From UHGV virus genome UHGV-0021337: DNA of 64,000 nucleotides, one strand, 5' to 3'. The stretch comes from a virus. Each line of letters starts with the position of its first letter. Positions within the stretch are counted from its first letter, which is position 1. Positions 21,066-29,456 of this stretch are shown piece after piece. Under the pieces are notes generated by a model, which was not told the origin of the DNA, did no database searches, and saw only the letters and a program-made list of their open reading frames with translations. The translations under genes were made by a program, and so were the position numbers.

Positions 21066-21718
21066 ATATAATAACAGACATCGAAAAACTGTCAAACAGA
21101 TGTGATGAAGTTCTTGATTTAAGAAAAGAGAATAAAATAGTTCAACAAATAATCTTAGCTCTTAAGTCTAAGATTAGAGAAGATAAACTTGTAGGTCTAG
21201 CCGCTAACCAGCTCGGGTTCGATAAAAGAATAGTTGTTGTCGCATTTGGAGACGATTTAAGGACTTTCATAAATCCTATAATATCAAATGCAGAAGGATT
21301 AACTGTGTCAATTGAAACCTGTCCAAGTTTACCTGACAAGAAATTTTTGCGTTTACGAAACCAGAAAGTTTCCGTAACATATACAGACCCTCTCGGTAAA
21401 ATACTGACTGCAAAAGATTTGATTGGTAAAGCTGCGTTTGTAATGCAAGAACTCATAGAACACTTAGATGGAGTAGTTCTTTCGGATATAGGTATGGAAC
21501 TAGAAAAAGATTTTGACGAAGCGCCTATCGAAGAAAAAGAAGAGCTAATAAAAGCATATTGTGACACAATGGATGTAAAATTACGTGATGTTAAGAAAGA
21601 AATCGAAGACACTCCAGAACTAAAGAAAATTTCCGATGCTGCTAATTTAATAAATAAAATTCAAACAGGCAATGTTAAAGTAGAGCTTGTTGACAAGAGT
21701 ATAAAGAAAGCCAAATAA
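21062..21718 (+). CDS. def: peptide deformylase-like protein with a diverged metal/catalytic motif
   Basis: PDF motif 1 GLAANQLG and motif 2 ETCPS are present; motif 3 reads QELIEHLDG instead of QHEIDHLNG; acidic/Lys-rich C-terminal tail. Confidence 0.45.
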   Translation: MNIITDIEKLSNRCDEVLDLRKENKIVQQIILALKSKIREDKLVGLAANQLGFDKRIVVVAFGDDLRTFINPIISNAEGLTVSIETCPSLPDKKFLRLRNQKVSVTYTDPLGKILTAKDLIGKAAFVMQELIEHLDGVVLSDIGMELEKDFDEAPIEEKEELIKAYCDTMDVKLRDVKKEIEDTPELKKISDAANLINKIQTGNVKVELVDKSIKKAK

Positions 21719-21742
21719 TTTTTATATAAACCTTAGTATCTA

Positions 21743-21777
21743 ACTCCTTACTGATTGTATATATGATGTAAGGAGTT
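21743..21777 (+). promoter_or_regulatory. hairpin whose 3' arm contains the Shine-Dalgarno sequence of the downstream gene
   Basis: AACTCCTTAC ... GTAAGGAGTT, 10-bp stem; AAGGAG lies in the 3' arm 6 nt before ATG 21783. Confidence 0.3.
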
Positions 21778-21782
21778 TTATT

Positions 21783-22109
21783 ATGATTGAAGATAAAGAA
21801 GTTCAAACATTGAAGTGCCCTAAATGTGGATATGAATACTTGCCAGGAGAAATTTTTATACCAAACAATTTTGTAGGTAAGCCAACAGATATTTCTAGAA
21901 CATTTGATGGCAAGATTAAATACTTTGATGGTCTTGATATGGACCCTGATGAAACATACGTGTGTGACCATTGTGGGACACCTCTGAAAATACACGCAGA
22001 AGTTTCTTTCAAGGTGTCTGTTGATAGTAAAAGAGATTTTTCTAGCGACTATACATCGTCATTGAAACAAAAGAAAGCTGTTCTTTGGGAAGGCCCTGAC
22101 AGTGATTAG
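21783..22109 (+). CDS. zinc-ribbon protein
   Basis: CPKCGYEY ... CDHCGTP, two CxxC pairs. Confidence 0.35.
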   Translation: MIEDKEVQTLKCPKCGYEYLPGEIFIPNNFVGKPTDISRTFDGKIKYFDGLDMDPDETYVCDHCGTPLKIHAEVSFKVSVDSKRDFSSDYTSSLKQKKAVLWEGPDSD

Positions 22110-23772
22110 TATAGAAGAAAAACAACCTAAGAAATGTCCAGGACTGACATCGTTGTTTGTTTCTTTTGATTATCGACCTCAGATTGTTGAAACATTGAAA
22201 CAAGTTGACGGTGCACAGTATGACAGTAAAAATAAAACTTGGGAAGTACCTCTTCTGGGATTACAACAATTACTTGATGCGTTTGCTAATATAGATGATG
22301 TTCAAGTTAAACTGTTGAAATCAAAAGCAAAAGAACAACATACATATAGACTTAAGAAATACAAAACTGAAGCATTTAAGCATCAAAAAGAAGCAATTCA
22401 ATTTGGACTAAACAACGAACGATTCTTACTAAATGATGCTCCCGGGTTAGGCAAAACTGCAACCATAATACATCTTGCTGAAGAGCTTAAATCCAGAGAA
22501 AACTTAAAACATTGTTTAGTTGTTTGTGGAATAAATGCTCTAAAGTCAAACTGGGCAAAAGAAATTGCTAAGCATTGTGACCTTGATTCTATAATAGTTG
22601 GGCAGAAAATTACTAAAACAGGTAAAACTGTTGTAACTTCTGTAAAAGAACGCTTGGAGCAATTTAAGCAAAAGATTACCGAATTTTTTGTCATCATAAA
22701 CATTGAGTCGTTGAGAGAAGATGCTATTGTAAAGGCAATAAATAATGGCCCTAATAAGTTTGACATGATCGTCATAGATGAATGCCATAAAGTAAAAAAT
22801 CCGCAAGCTCAACAGTCAAAAAACTTTCTTAAATTAACAAAAGCAGAACATCGTATAGGATTAACAGGAACTGTAATGGTCAATAGTCCTCTCGATTGTT
22901 ATATGCCATTAAAGTGGATTGGAGCTGAACATTCAGCATTTACTAACTTCAGATATTTCTATTGTATATATGATGACAAATTTCATAACATACTGATGGG
23001 GTATAAGAATACCAAGTTGCTTAAAAACCAACTAGACAATTACTCTTTAAGACGAACAAAAGACTTACTTGAGTTACCTCCTAAAACTATTATAAAAGAG
23101 ATAGTAGAAATGGAACCTACACAAGTAATATTCTATGACCAAGTTAAAAAAGGAATAAAGGACCAAGTAGATAAAGTTAAGTTAACAACAGCAAACGTTT
23201 TAGCATTATCTGCAAGATTGAGGCAAGCAACTGTTTGTCCTTCTATTTTAACAACAGAAAACATTCCTTCTGCAAAACTTGACCGTTGCGTCGATTTAGT
23301 TGAGGAAATAGTAGAAAGTGGAAGTAAGGTAGTTATCTTTTCAGTTTTCAAAGAACCATTAAATGTTCTACAAAAATTGTTAGCTAAGTATAATCCACTT
23401 ATTGGAACTGGTGATCTGCCTGACGATGTCGTTTCTAAAAACATCGATAAATTTCAAAATGACTCAAAATATAAAGTATTTCTTGGTACACATAGTAAGA
23501 TGGGGACAGGTGTTACACTTACAGCAGCATCTTATGCCATAATGCTCGACCAGTTGTGGACTCCTGCTGATAACTTACAGTCAGAAGATAGGATATACCG
23601 TATAGGAACAACAAAGGGTGTTTTCATCTACTATTTGATAACAAAAGACACAATTGATGAACACGTGGATAAAGTTGTAAACGATAAATCCATAGTTGTT
23701 GATTACATTGTTGACGGACAAGTTCCTGCAAAAGCAGTCGACAGACTACGTGAGTTGATTACGGATTTATGA
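22102..23772 (+). CDS. SNF2/DEAD-like helicase
   Basis: Motif I DAPGLGKT, motif II DECH, C-terminal helicase domain. Confidence 0.75.
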   Translation: MISIEEKQPKKCPGLTSLFVSFDYRPQIVETLKQVDGAQYDSKNKTWEVPLLGLQQLLDAFANIDDVQVKLLKSKAKEQHTYRLKKYKTEAFKHQKEAIQFGLNNERFLLNDAPGLGKTATIIHLAEELKSRENLKHCLVVCGINALKSNWAKEIAKHCDLDSIIVGQKITKTGKTVVTSVKERLEQFKQKITEFFVIINIESLREDAIVKAINNGPNKFDMIVIDECHKVKNPQAQQSKNFLKLTKAEHRIGLTGTVMVNSPLDCYMPLKWIGAEHSAFTNFRYFYCIYDDKFHNILMGYKNTKLLKNQLDNYSLRRTKDLLELPPKTIIKEIVEMEPTQVIFYDQVKKGIKDQVDKVKLTTANVLALSARLRQATVCPSILTTENIPSAKLDRCVDLVEEIVESGSKVVIFSVFKEPLNVLQKLLAKYNPLIGTGDLPDDVVSKNIDKFQNDSKYKVFLGTHSKMGTGVTLTAASYAIMLDQLWTPADNLQSEDRIYRIGTTKGVFIYYLITKDTIDEHVDKVVNDKSIVVDYIVDGQVPAKAVDRLRELITDL

Positions 23773-23842
23773 AGTTGATTGTTATTTACTTCTACAATAT
23801 AATCATTGTATCAACGTTGCACACAATGATTTGTAAACTAAA

Positions 23843-23878
23843 GAGAATCGAGTGTCAAGCACTTGATTCTTTTATTGT
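23843..23878 (+). terminator. rho-independent terminator
   Basis: GAGAATCGAGTG / CACTTGATTCTT 12-bp stem (two G-U pairs), loop TCAAG, then TTTATT. Confidence 0.55.
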
Positions 23879-23884
23879 ATTACC

Positions 23885-23908
23885 ATATAATATAACTGTA
23901 AATTGAAT
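23885..23908 (+). promoter_or_regulatory. copy of a recurring phage promoter-like motif
   Basis: ATATAATATAACTGTAAATTGAAT; near-identical copies at 54171, 59664 and 63106. Confidence 0.4.
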
Positions 23909-23924
23909 TATCTGAGGAGATTGA

Positions 23925-24764
23925 ATGTTAGATGACTTGCGAAGAAGTTTAGAGTCTCATGCGGACGCTACAATACCTGGTTGGAGACAGCTTTCTAAAA
24001 TAGAGCTATGTAATAAGTATATAGACATTGATGGTGATAAAGATGCTTATCTTGAGTGTAGGAATAATCCACAAAAGTCAGCTTATTTTGCAGCAATAAT
24101 AGCGAAGTATTGGAATTCTATCAATAGGTGTTATAGTAAGGTTTATAAAACTGCGTCTGTACAAGATTGTTACGATATGGTTGTAGACGGGATTATGTGT
24201 GCGTTAAAACTTGCACCTTGGAGAAACCCAAATAACAAGCTATATAACGACCCTAAAGGTCCAGATAAAGCGATAAATGTATCTATTTCGTCTGCAATTC
24301 TTGTGTACTACCAGTTTTCAAATACTTTGAAACGAAGGGCAAACGTTGCGGCAATCAGTGTCGAATATCTACAAGATGAATTTGGAGATACAGCATTCAA
24401 AGAGGCAAATGAATTAGATGAAGAAAAAGACATTGTTGTTGAAACATTAGTTCGACAGAATTTTCAAAAACAGAACTATATCGCATCTTTTGTTATTGAT
24501 GGTGCAGCGTATGGTGACTGTTTGAAATTTACAAAAGAACATAGTGGGTATATAACGTCTCAGTTTAGTAAACGATTACTTCTAAGACATTTGAGAGCGT
24601 TAGATTCAGACTATGTTTCTATTTTTTCAAAAAGATATAGCTTAGATAAAACAAAAGTACAGGAAGCAGCAGATATTTGTTTATCTACTTCATCTTCCAG
24701 AATTGACACAGTTATTAGAAAAACATTTGAGTCATTACGTCATAGTAATTATTTTGAGGTGTAG
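23925..24764 (+). CDS. hypothetical protein
   Basis: 279 aa ORF with RBS GAGGAG. Confidence 0.35.
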   Translation: MLDDLRRSLESHADATIPGWRQLSKIELCNKYIDIDGDKDAYLECRNNPQKSAYFAAIIAKYWNSINRCYSKVYKTASVQDCYDMVVDGIMCALKLAPWRNPNNKLYNDPKGPDKAINVSISSAILVYYQFSNTLKRRANVAAISVEYLQDEFGDTAFKEANELDEEKDIVVETLVRQNFQKQNYIASFVIDGAAYGDCLKFTKEHSGYITSQFSKRLLLRHLRALDSDYVSIFSKRYSLDKTKVQEAADICLSTSSSRIDTVIRKTFESLRHSNYFEV

Positions 24765-25493
24765 ATGTTAGTGGATTTATTATCAACAGATTGTCAAGTT
24801 AGTTATAATTGTAATCTAGCACAGGTTATAGGACTACATGCGTCGATTTATGTTACAGAGCTAATAAACATAAGTCGTAAAGCAGCACAGAAAAAGAAGT
24901 TGTTTGATGATAGGTATTTTGTTGTTGATAGAAAATATATAACAGCTAGAACAACTTTAGCTCCTGCAGAACAGAAATCAATTGAAAAAGGTCTTGAAGA
25001 GTTAAACATTGTTTCGTTTGGAAAAGTTCCGGATTCTGTTTACATTGATTTGACAACATTATCTGGCGTTATGATTGGTGATGCAGATATTCAGGAAAAA
25101 GCAAAGAAAGCTGCACAAAATCTTGCAACAAAGTCAAAACCTATGACAGCAAAACAGCGTTGTGCTATTGATATGAAAAAGTATATCTATACTACAAATT
25201 CTGAGTTATATTCTGCGTATAGTGAGTGGATTGATGCTGTTTGTGATAAACTCGGATGGATGTCTCAAAAAGCCGTAACAGTTGGACAACAAACAGTCGA
25301 TAATTACGCTAAAGGCGATTTAGACGTAGCGTTGAAGATAATTGAACTTGCAACAGCAGCTGGGTATCGAGATGTTAATTGGGCAATAAGTGCATTTGAA
25401 AAAGATTATAAGTCAAGATTTGAAGCAGAACGAAAAGAGGCGAGTAAGCCAACATTGCGGATTCGAAAAGAAGTTGGTAACGAGGTGTTCTAA
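24765..25493 (+). CDS. hypothetical protein
   Basis: 242 aa ORF coupled to the loader gene. Confidence 0.35.
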   Translation: MLVDLLSTDCQVSYNCNLAQVIGLHASIYVTELINISRKAAQKKKLFDDRYFVVDRKYITARTTLAPAEQKSIEKGLEELNIVSFGKVPDSVYIDLTTLSGVMIGDADIQEKAKKAAQNLATKSKPMTAKQRCAIDMKKYIYTTNSELYSAYSEWIDAVCDKLGWMSQKAVTVGQQTVDNYAKGDLDVALKIIELATAAGYRDVNWAISAFEKDYKSRFEAERKEASKPTLRIRKEVGNEVF

Positions 25494-26170
25494 TGATTGA
25501 AGTAAATGATTGCTGGATGAAAGGGCGTTGTCCTAAATTTAATCGTTGCCCCGAATTTTGCATGAAGTTATTTAAGCTATCCGAATTGTACGATAAAGCT
25601 CTAATTTCGTTAAAACAACGACAGCATATTAACCTTAGAGTTGATGCAGATGGAACTGACAGTGACAAGTTTGTTCAGCTCAAAGATATTGCAAACGATA
25701 TAGATAAGTTTGTAGATAACGGAAAAACGTTGTATATTCATTCAAGAAATACAGGAAATGGAAAAACTTCGTGGGCCTTACGTTTTGTTGAGAATTACTT
25801 TGAAAGTATTTGGTGGAAATCTGATTTAACGTGTAAAGCACTATACATTAGTGTTCCACGGTACATATTAGCTCTGAAAGCGAGTATAAGCAAACCTGAT
25901 GAATATATCAACTATATTCACGAAAATATCTTCAAAGCAGATTTAGTAATTCTCGATGAAATAGGAATTAAAGCAGCGACAACGTTCGAAATGGAACATT
26001 TGTTAGACTTTGTAAATCATAGAATTGAGTTAGGTAAGTCAACAATTTACACTTCGAATTTGACAGACAACGAATTACAAGAACGTTTAGGAGATAGGTT
26101 GTATAGTCGTATTGCAAATAGTACGTATAACGTTGAATTTTTAGGTCAGGATAAGAGGTATTTGAAATGA
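25493..26170 (+). CDS. DnaC/DnaI-like helicase loader (IstB-like AAA+)
   Basis: Walker A RNTGNGKTS, Walker B LVILDEIG; N-terminal Cys cluster; coupled to the DnaB-like gene. Confidence 0.65.
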   Translation: MIEVNDCWMKGRCPKFNRCPEFCMKLFKLSELYDKALISLKQRQHINLRVDADGTDSDKFVQLKDIANDIDKFVDNGKTLYIHSRNTGNGKTSWALRFVENYFESIWWKSDLTCKALYISVPRYILALKASISKPDEYINYIHENIFKADLVILDEIGIKAATTFEMEHLLDFVNHRIELGKSTIYTSNLTDNELQERLGDRLYSRIANSTYNVEFLGQDKRYLK

Positions 26171-27447
26171 TTCAGTTACAAGTTTTAAATCGTGTTCTAA
26201 GTAATCATGATGCATCAATGTTATTAACAAATAACTTGAATCAAGAGTTCTTTAGCGATTACATTTCTGAATATAACTTTATTCAAGAGCACTTACGAAA
26301 ATACGGAACGGTCCCGGACGAAGTAACATTTCTTGCTAAGTTTCCTGACTTTGATGTTATAAATGTAACAGAGACAGACAGTTATCTTGTTGATGCATTG
26401 TTTGAAGATAGAAATAAACGAATGCTTGCAAGAGTATTTAATCGTGTTCGTGAACTCCTTAATGCAGGAAAAGTTGACGAAGCGATGAAAACATATATGG
26501 CAGCGTCAAATGATGTTGTTAAAGCAACACATCTTGATTGTGTAGACATTTTAACAGACACTTCAAGATATGACGCATATGTTGAACGAACAGAATATTA
26601 TAACAAGTATTACGTTAAAACAGGCATAAAAGAACTAGATGATGTTATTGGTGGTTGGGATAGGAAAGAAGAACTTGCAACAATAGCTGCACGAACAAAC
26701 GTTGGTAAGTCTTGGATACTTTTGAAAGTAGCAATTGCAGCAGCACAACAAGGGTTAAATGTTGGTATATATTCAGGCGAGATGACAGAAAATAAAGTTG
26801 GATATAGAATTGACACTCTAGTTTCACATATTTCAAACGGTAAGTTAATTCACGGCGACAGCTCAATTGAAAATGATTATAAAAGATATCTTGAAGGATT
26901 AAAAGATAAGATTCCCGGCTCTATAAAAGTTTTAACTCCTGCAATGATAGGGTGTACTCCTGGTGTTACAGCATTAAGGGCGTTTATTGAAAAGGAAAAA
27001 CTGGATATGTTATGCATTGACCAACATTCTTTGTTAGAAGATGACAGAGGTGCTAGAGACCCTGTCCAAAAAGCAGCAGATATATCCAAAGATTTGAAAA
27101 CACTACAAGTATTAAAACAGATACCTATTATTGCAGTTTCGCAATTAAATAGAACAGCAGTAAATTCAGAGACTGGGCTTGATCCCTCGCACATTGCACA
27201 ATCGGACAGAATTGCTCAAGATAGTACGATAATCATAGGGCTCGAGAAGAAAGAAAATGTTATGACATTAACACTGTTGAAATCAAGAGATAGTTTAGTT
27301 GGTGCAAGATTAAAATACGCTCTTGATTTAGATAAAGGTATGTTTATTTTTATTCCGAACGAAGATGACGCGACAAACGGACAGGGTTGTGAAGAACTTA
27401 AAAAACAATTTGAAGCAGTTGAAAGTACAGGGACGGACGTTTTTTAA
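26167..27447 (+). CDS. dnaB: DnaB-like replicative helicase
   Basis: RecA-fold C-domain with Walker A ARTNVGKSW and LCIDQHSLL (Walker B-like). Confidence 0.7.
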   Translation: MIQLQVLNRVLSNHDASMLLTNNLNQEFFSDYISEYNFIQEHLRKYGTVPDEVTFLAKFPDFDVINVTETDSYLVDALFEDRNKRMLARVFNRVRELLNAGKVDEAMKTYMAASNDVVKATHLDCVDILTDTSRYDAYVERTEYYNKYYVKTGIKELDDVIGGWDRKEELATIAARTNVGKSWILLKVAIAAAQQGLNVGIYSGEMTENKVGYRIDTLVSHISNGKLIHGDSSIENDYKRYLEGLKDKIPGSIKVLTPAMIGCTPGVTALRAFIEKEKLDMLCIDQHSLLEDDRGARDPVQKAADISKDLKTLQVLKQIPIIAVSQLNRTAVNSETGLDPSHIAQSDRIAQDSTIIIGLEKKENVMTLTLLKSRDSLVGARLKYALDLDKGMFIFIPNEDDATNGQGCEELKKQFEAVESTGTDVF

Positions 27448-28388
27448 TGGAGTTAGTAATCAACAACAAACTAATAGACACACCCATAACAACTATACTA
27501 GAGACATTAAGAGAAGAAAGTAACAGAGGTTTATTTGCTCAAATCCACAACAAAGGTGACAATATAATGACGAATTGTCCGTGTCACAAAAATGGACTAG
27601 AGAGAAAGCCTTCTTGTAGTATTTATAACTCCACAAGTGGTAGCACTCAATACGGTTGGGTCCACTGTTTTGCTTGCGGGTATAATGTTCCACTATATAA
27701 AATGGTCGGAGATGTTTTTGGCGAAGACGAGAATTTTGGTAAAGACTGGTTATTAAATCGGTTCGGAAATACATTAGTTGAAAACATAAAAATACTTGAT
27801 GAGATAAAGTTAGAAAAACCTAAACAAGAATTTTTAGATGATTCTGTTCTTAGACAGTACAACTACCACACTAATTATTGGGCTACCAGACAGATAAGCG
27901 ATGAGGTCATACAAAAATTTGAGCTCGGCTACGATATTCAGAACGATATGGTAGTTTTTCCTATGCGTAACGCACAAGGAAAATTGGTTATGTTAACAAA
28001 ACGTAGTACAAAAACAAAATTTTTTCAAATCGATGAAGATAAAGAAAAACCTGTTTATTTGTTGTACTATTGTATTAAAAATAATATAGATACAGTTGTT
28101 GTTTGTGAGTCTCAGATCAATGCATTAACATTGTGGAGCTGGGGTATTCCTGCTGTAGCGTTAGTGGGGACAGGCTCAGTTTCGCAGTATAAAGTTCTTA
28201 AACGCAGTGGAATAAGACATTACATTTTAGCATTTGACGGAGACAACGCAGGAGATAAAGGAACACAACGATTCATATCGAATATGCCAAAAGACATTTT
28301 GATAAGTATTAAACGAATACCTCGTGGTAAAGATGTTAACGATTTATCTAAAGAGCTTTTTGAATCTTTACCTGAAGATATCATATAA
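27447..28388 (+). CDS. DNA primase (zinc-binding plus Toprim)
   Basis: CPCHKNG...CFACG zinc motif; Toprim residues VCESQ ... FDGDNAG. Confidence 0.7.
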   Translation: MELVINNKLIDTPITTILETLREESNRGLFAQIHNKGDNIMTNCPCHKNGLERKPSCSIYNSTSGSTQYGWVHCFACGYNVPLYKMVGDVFGEDENFGKDWLLNRFGNTLVENIKILDEIKLEKPKQEFLDDSVLRQYNYHTNYWATRQISDEVIQKFELGYDIQNDMVVFPMRNAQGKLVMLTKRSTKTKFFQIDEDKEKPVYLLYYCIKNNIDTVVVCESQINALTLWSWGIPAVALVGTGSVSQYKVLKRSGIRHYILAFDGDNAGDKGTQRFISNMPKDILISIKRIPRGKDVNDLSKELFESLPEDII

Positions 28389-28428
28389 TAATTGTATAAA
28401 TAAACGTAATAAATTGGAGGATCCTTAG

Positions 28429-29391
28429 ATGGGAAGAATTTCCGAAGAAGAACTCAATGCTACTTCCAGTAGCAATACTAATCAGAACGACTCTCCTTAC
28501 TATTGGTATTTTGGTCTCGCAAAAGAAGGCGATAGTGCAATAGTAAGAATAATGGACAACTCTCGAGAGGATTTAGAGCCTCTTGCTACGCACCCTGTAA
28601 AGATTAAGGGTAAGTATCGCAGAGTAAGTTGTTTACGCGACACAAAAGAACCTCTTGAATTGTGTCCACTTTGTGCGGCTGAAGCTCCAAGAGAGAAAAA
28701 AGTTTATATTCATTTAATCGAATACATAACTGCAGCTGACGGGTCTGTAATTCCTACACCAAGAGTTTGGGAAAGACCTACTGGGTATATAAACGAATTA
28801 AACGAGTATATGGCAGACTATGCTCCTTTATCTGATAATGTATTTAAGATAAAAAGAACAGGTCAAGGTGCAGGAACCAGATATGCATTGATTCCGCTCA
28901 ATCCTGCAACTGTGAATATATCTAAATATCCAAAAGACGAATCATTCTTTGCAAACTATAAAGCGCTCGGTGTGAATGTTCAAGTAAGAGATGCCGAAAA
29001 CATCATAAAGGGTATGTCAGATGGAACACTTACGTTTGAAGTGAAACAAGCGGAAGCTCAAGCTACTCCGGATGCAACAACGTTAACACCTAACGCTGTG
29101 CCTGAAGCTCCTGTCCAGCAAACTGTAGAAACTCCTGTGTCGAGTGTTGTTCCCCCCGTTATAACACCTTCAGCAACAGTAGCTACTCATAACCAAGACA
29201 ATATATCTATCGCTCCTGTAACACCTGTTGCTCCGCCTGTTGCGCCTGTTGTACCACCCGTTACGCCGGTAGCTCCTGCTACAAATAATAATCCTTGGGC
29301 GCAACCTGCTCCAAGAAGGACATATACTCCCTCTACTCCTGTAAATAATTCAGCTCCTGCATCTGGTTTTAGACCTATTCGTAATGTATAA
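28429..29391 (+). CDS. ssDNA-binding protein, T4 gp32-like, with a Pro/Val/Ala-rich C-terminal tail
   Basis: Core resembles the gp32 Zn/OB region (AIVRIMDNS..., KGKYRRVSCLRDTKEPLELCPLCAA, KKVYIHLIEY); position matches the replication module. Confidence 0.45.
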   Translation: MGRISEEELNATSSSNTNQNDSPYYWYFGLAKEGDSAIVRIMDNSREDLEPLATHPVKIKGKYRRVSCLRDTKEPLELCPLCAAEAPREKKVYIHLIEYITAADGSVIPTPRVWERPTGYINELNEYMADYAPLSDNVFKIKRTGQGAGTRYALIPLNPATVNISKYPKDESFFANYKALGVNVQVRDAENIIKGMSDGTLTFEVKQAEAQATPDATTLTPNAVPEAPVQQTVETPVSSVVPPVITPSATVATHNQDNISIAPVTPVAPPVAPVVPPVTPVAPATNNNPWAQPAPRRTYTPSTPVNNSAPASGFRPIRNV

Positions 29392-29445
29392 CACTTGCAC
29401 TAATAGTTTAACGAATAAGTGTTAAGTTTATAAAACAAGTGTTAG
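29391..29445 (+). promoter_or_regulatory. inverted and direct repeat cluster in the polA leader
   Basis: ACACTTG (29391) is the reverse complement of CAAGTGT (29436); AAGTGTTAAG (29417) and CAAGTGTTAG (29436) are direct repeats; RBS GGAGG 29448. Confidence 0.25.
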
Positions 29446-29456
29446 ATGGAGGATAG

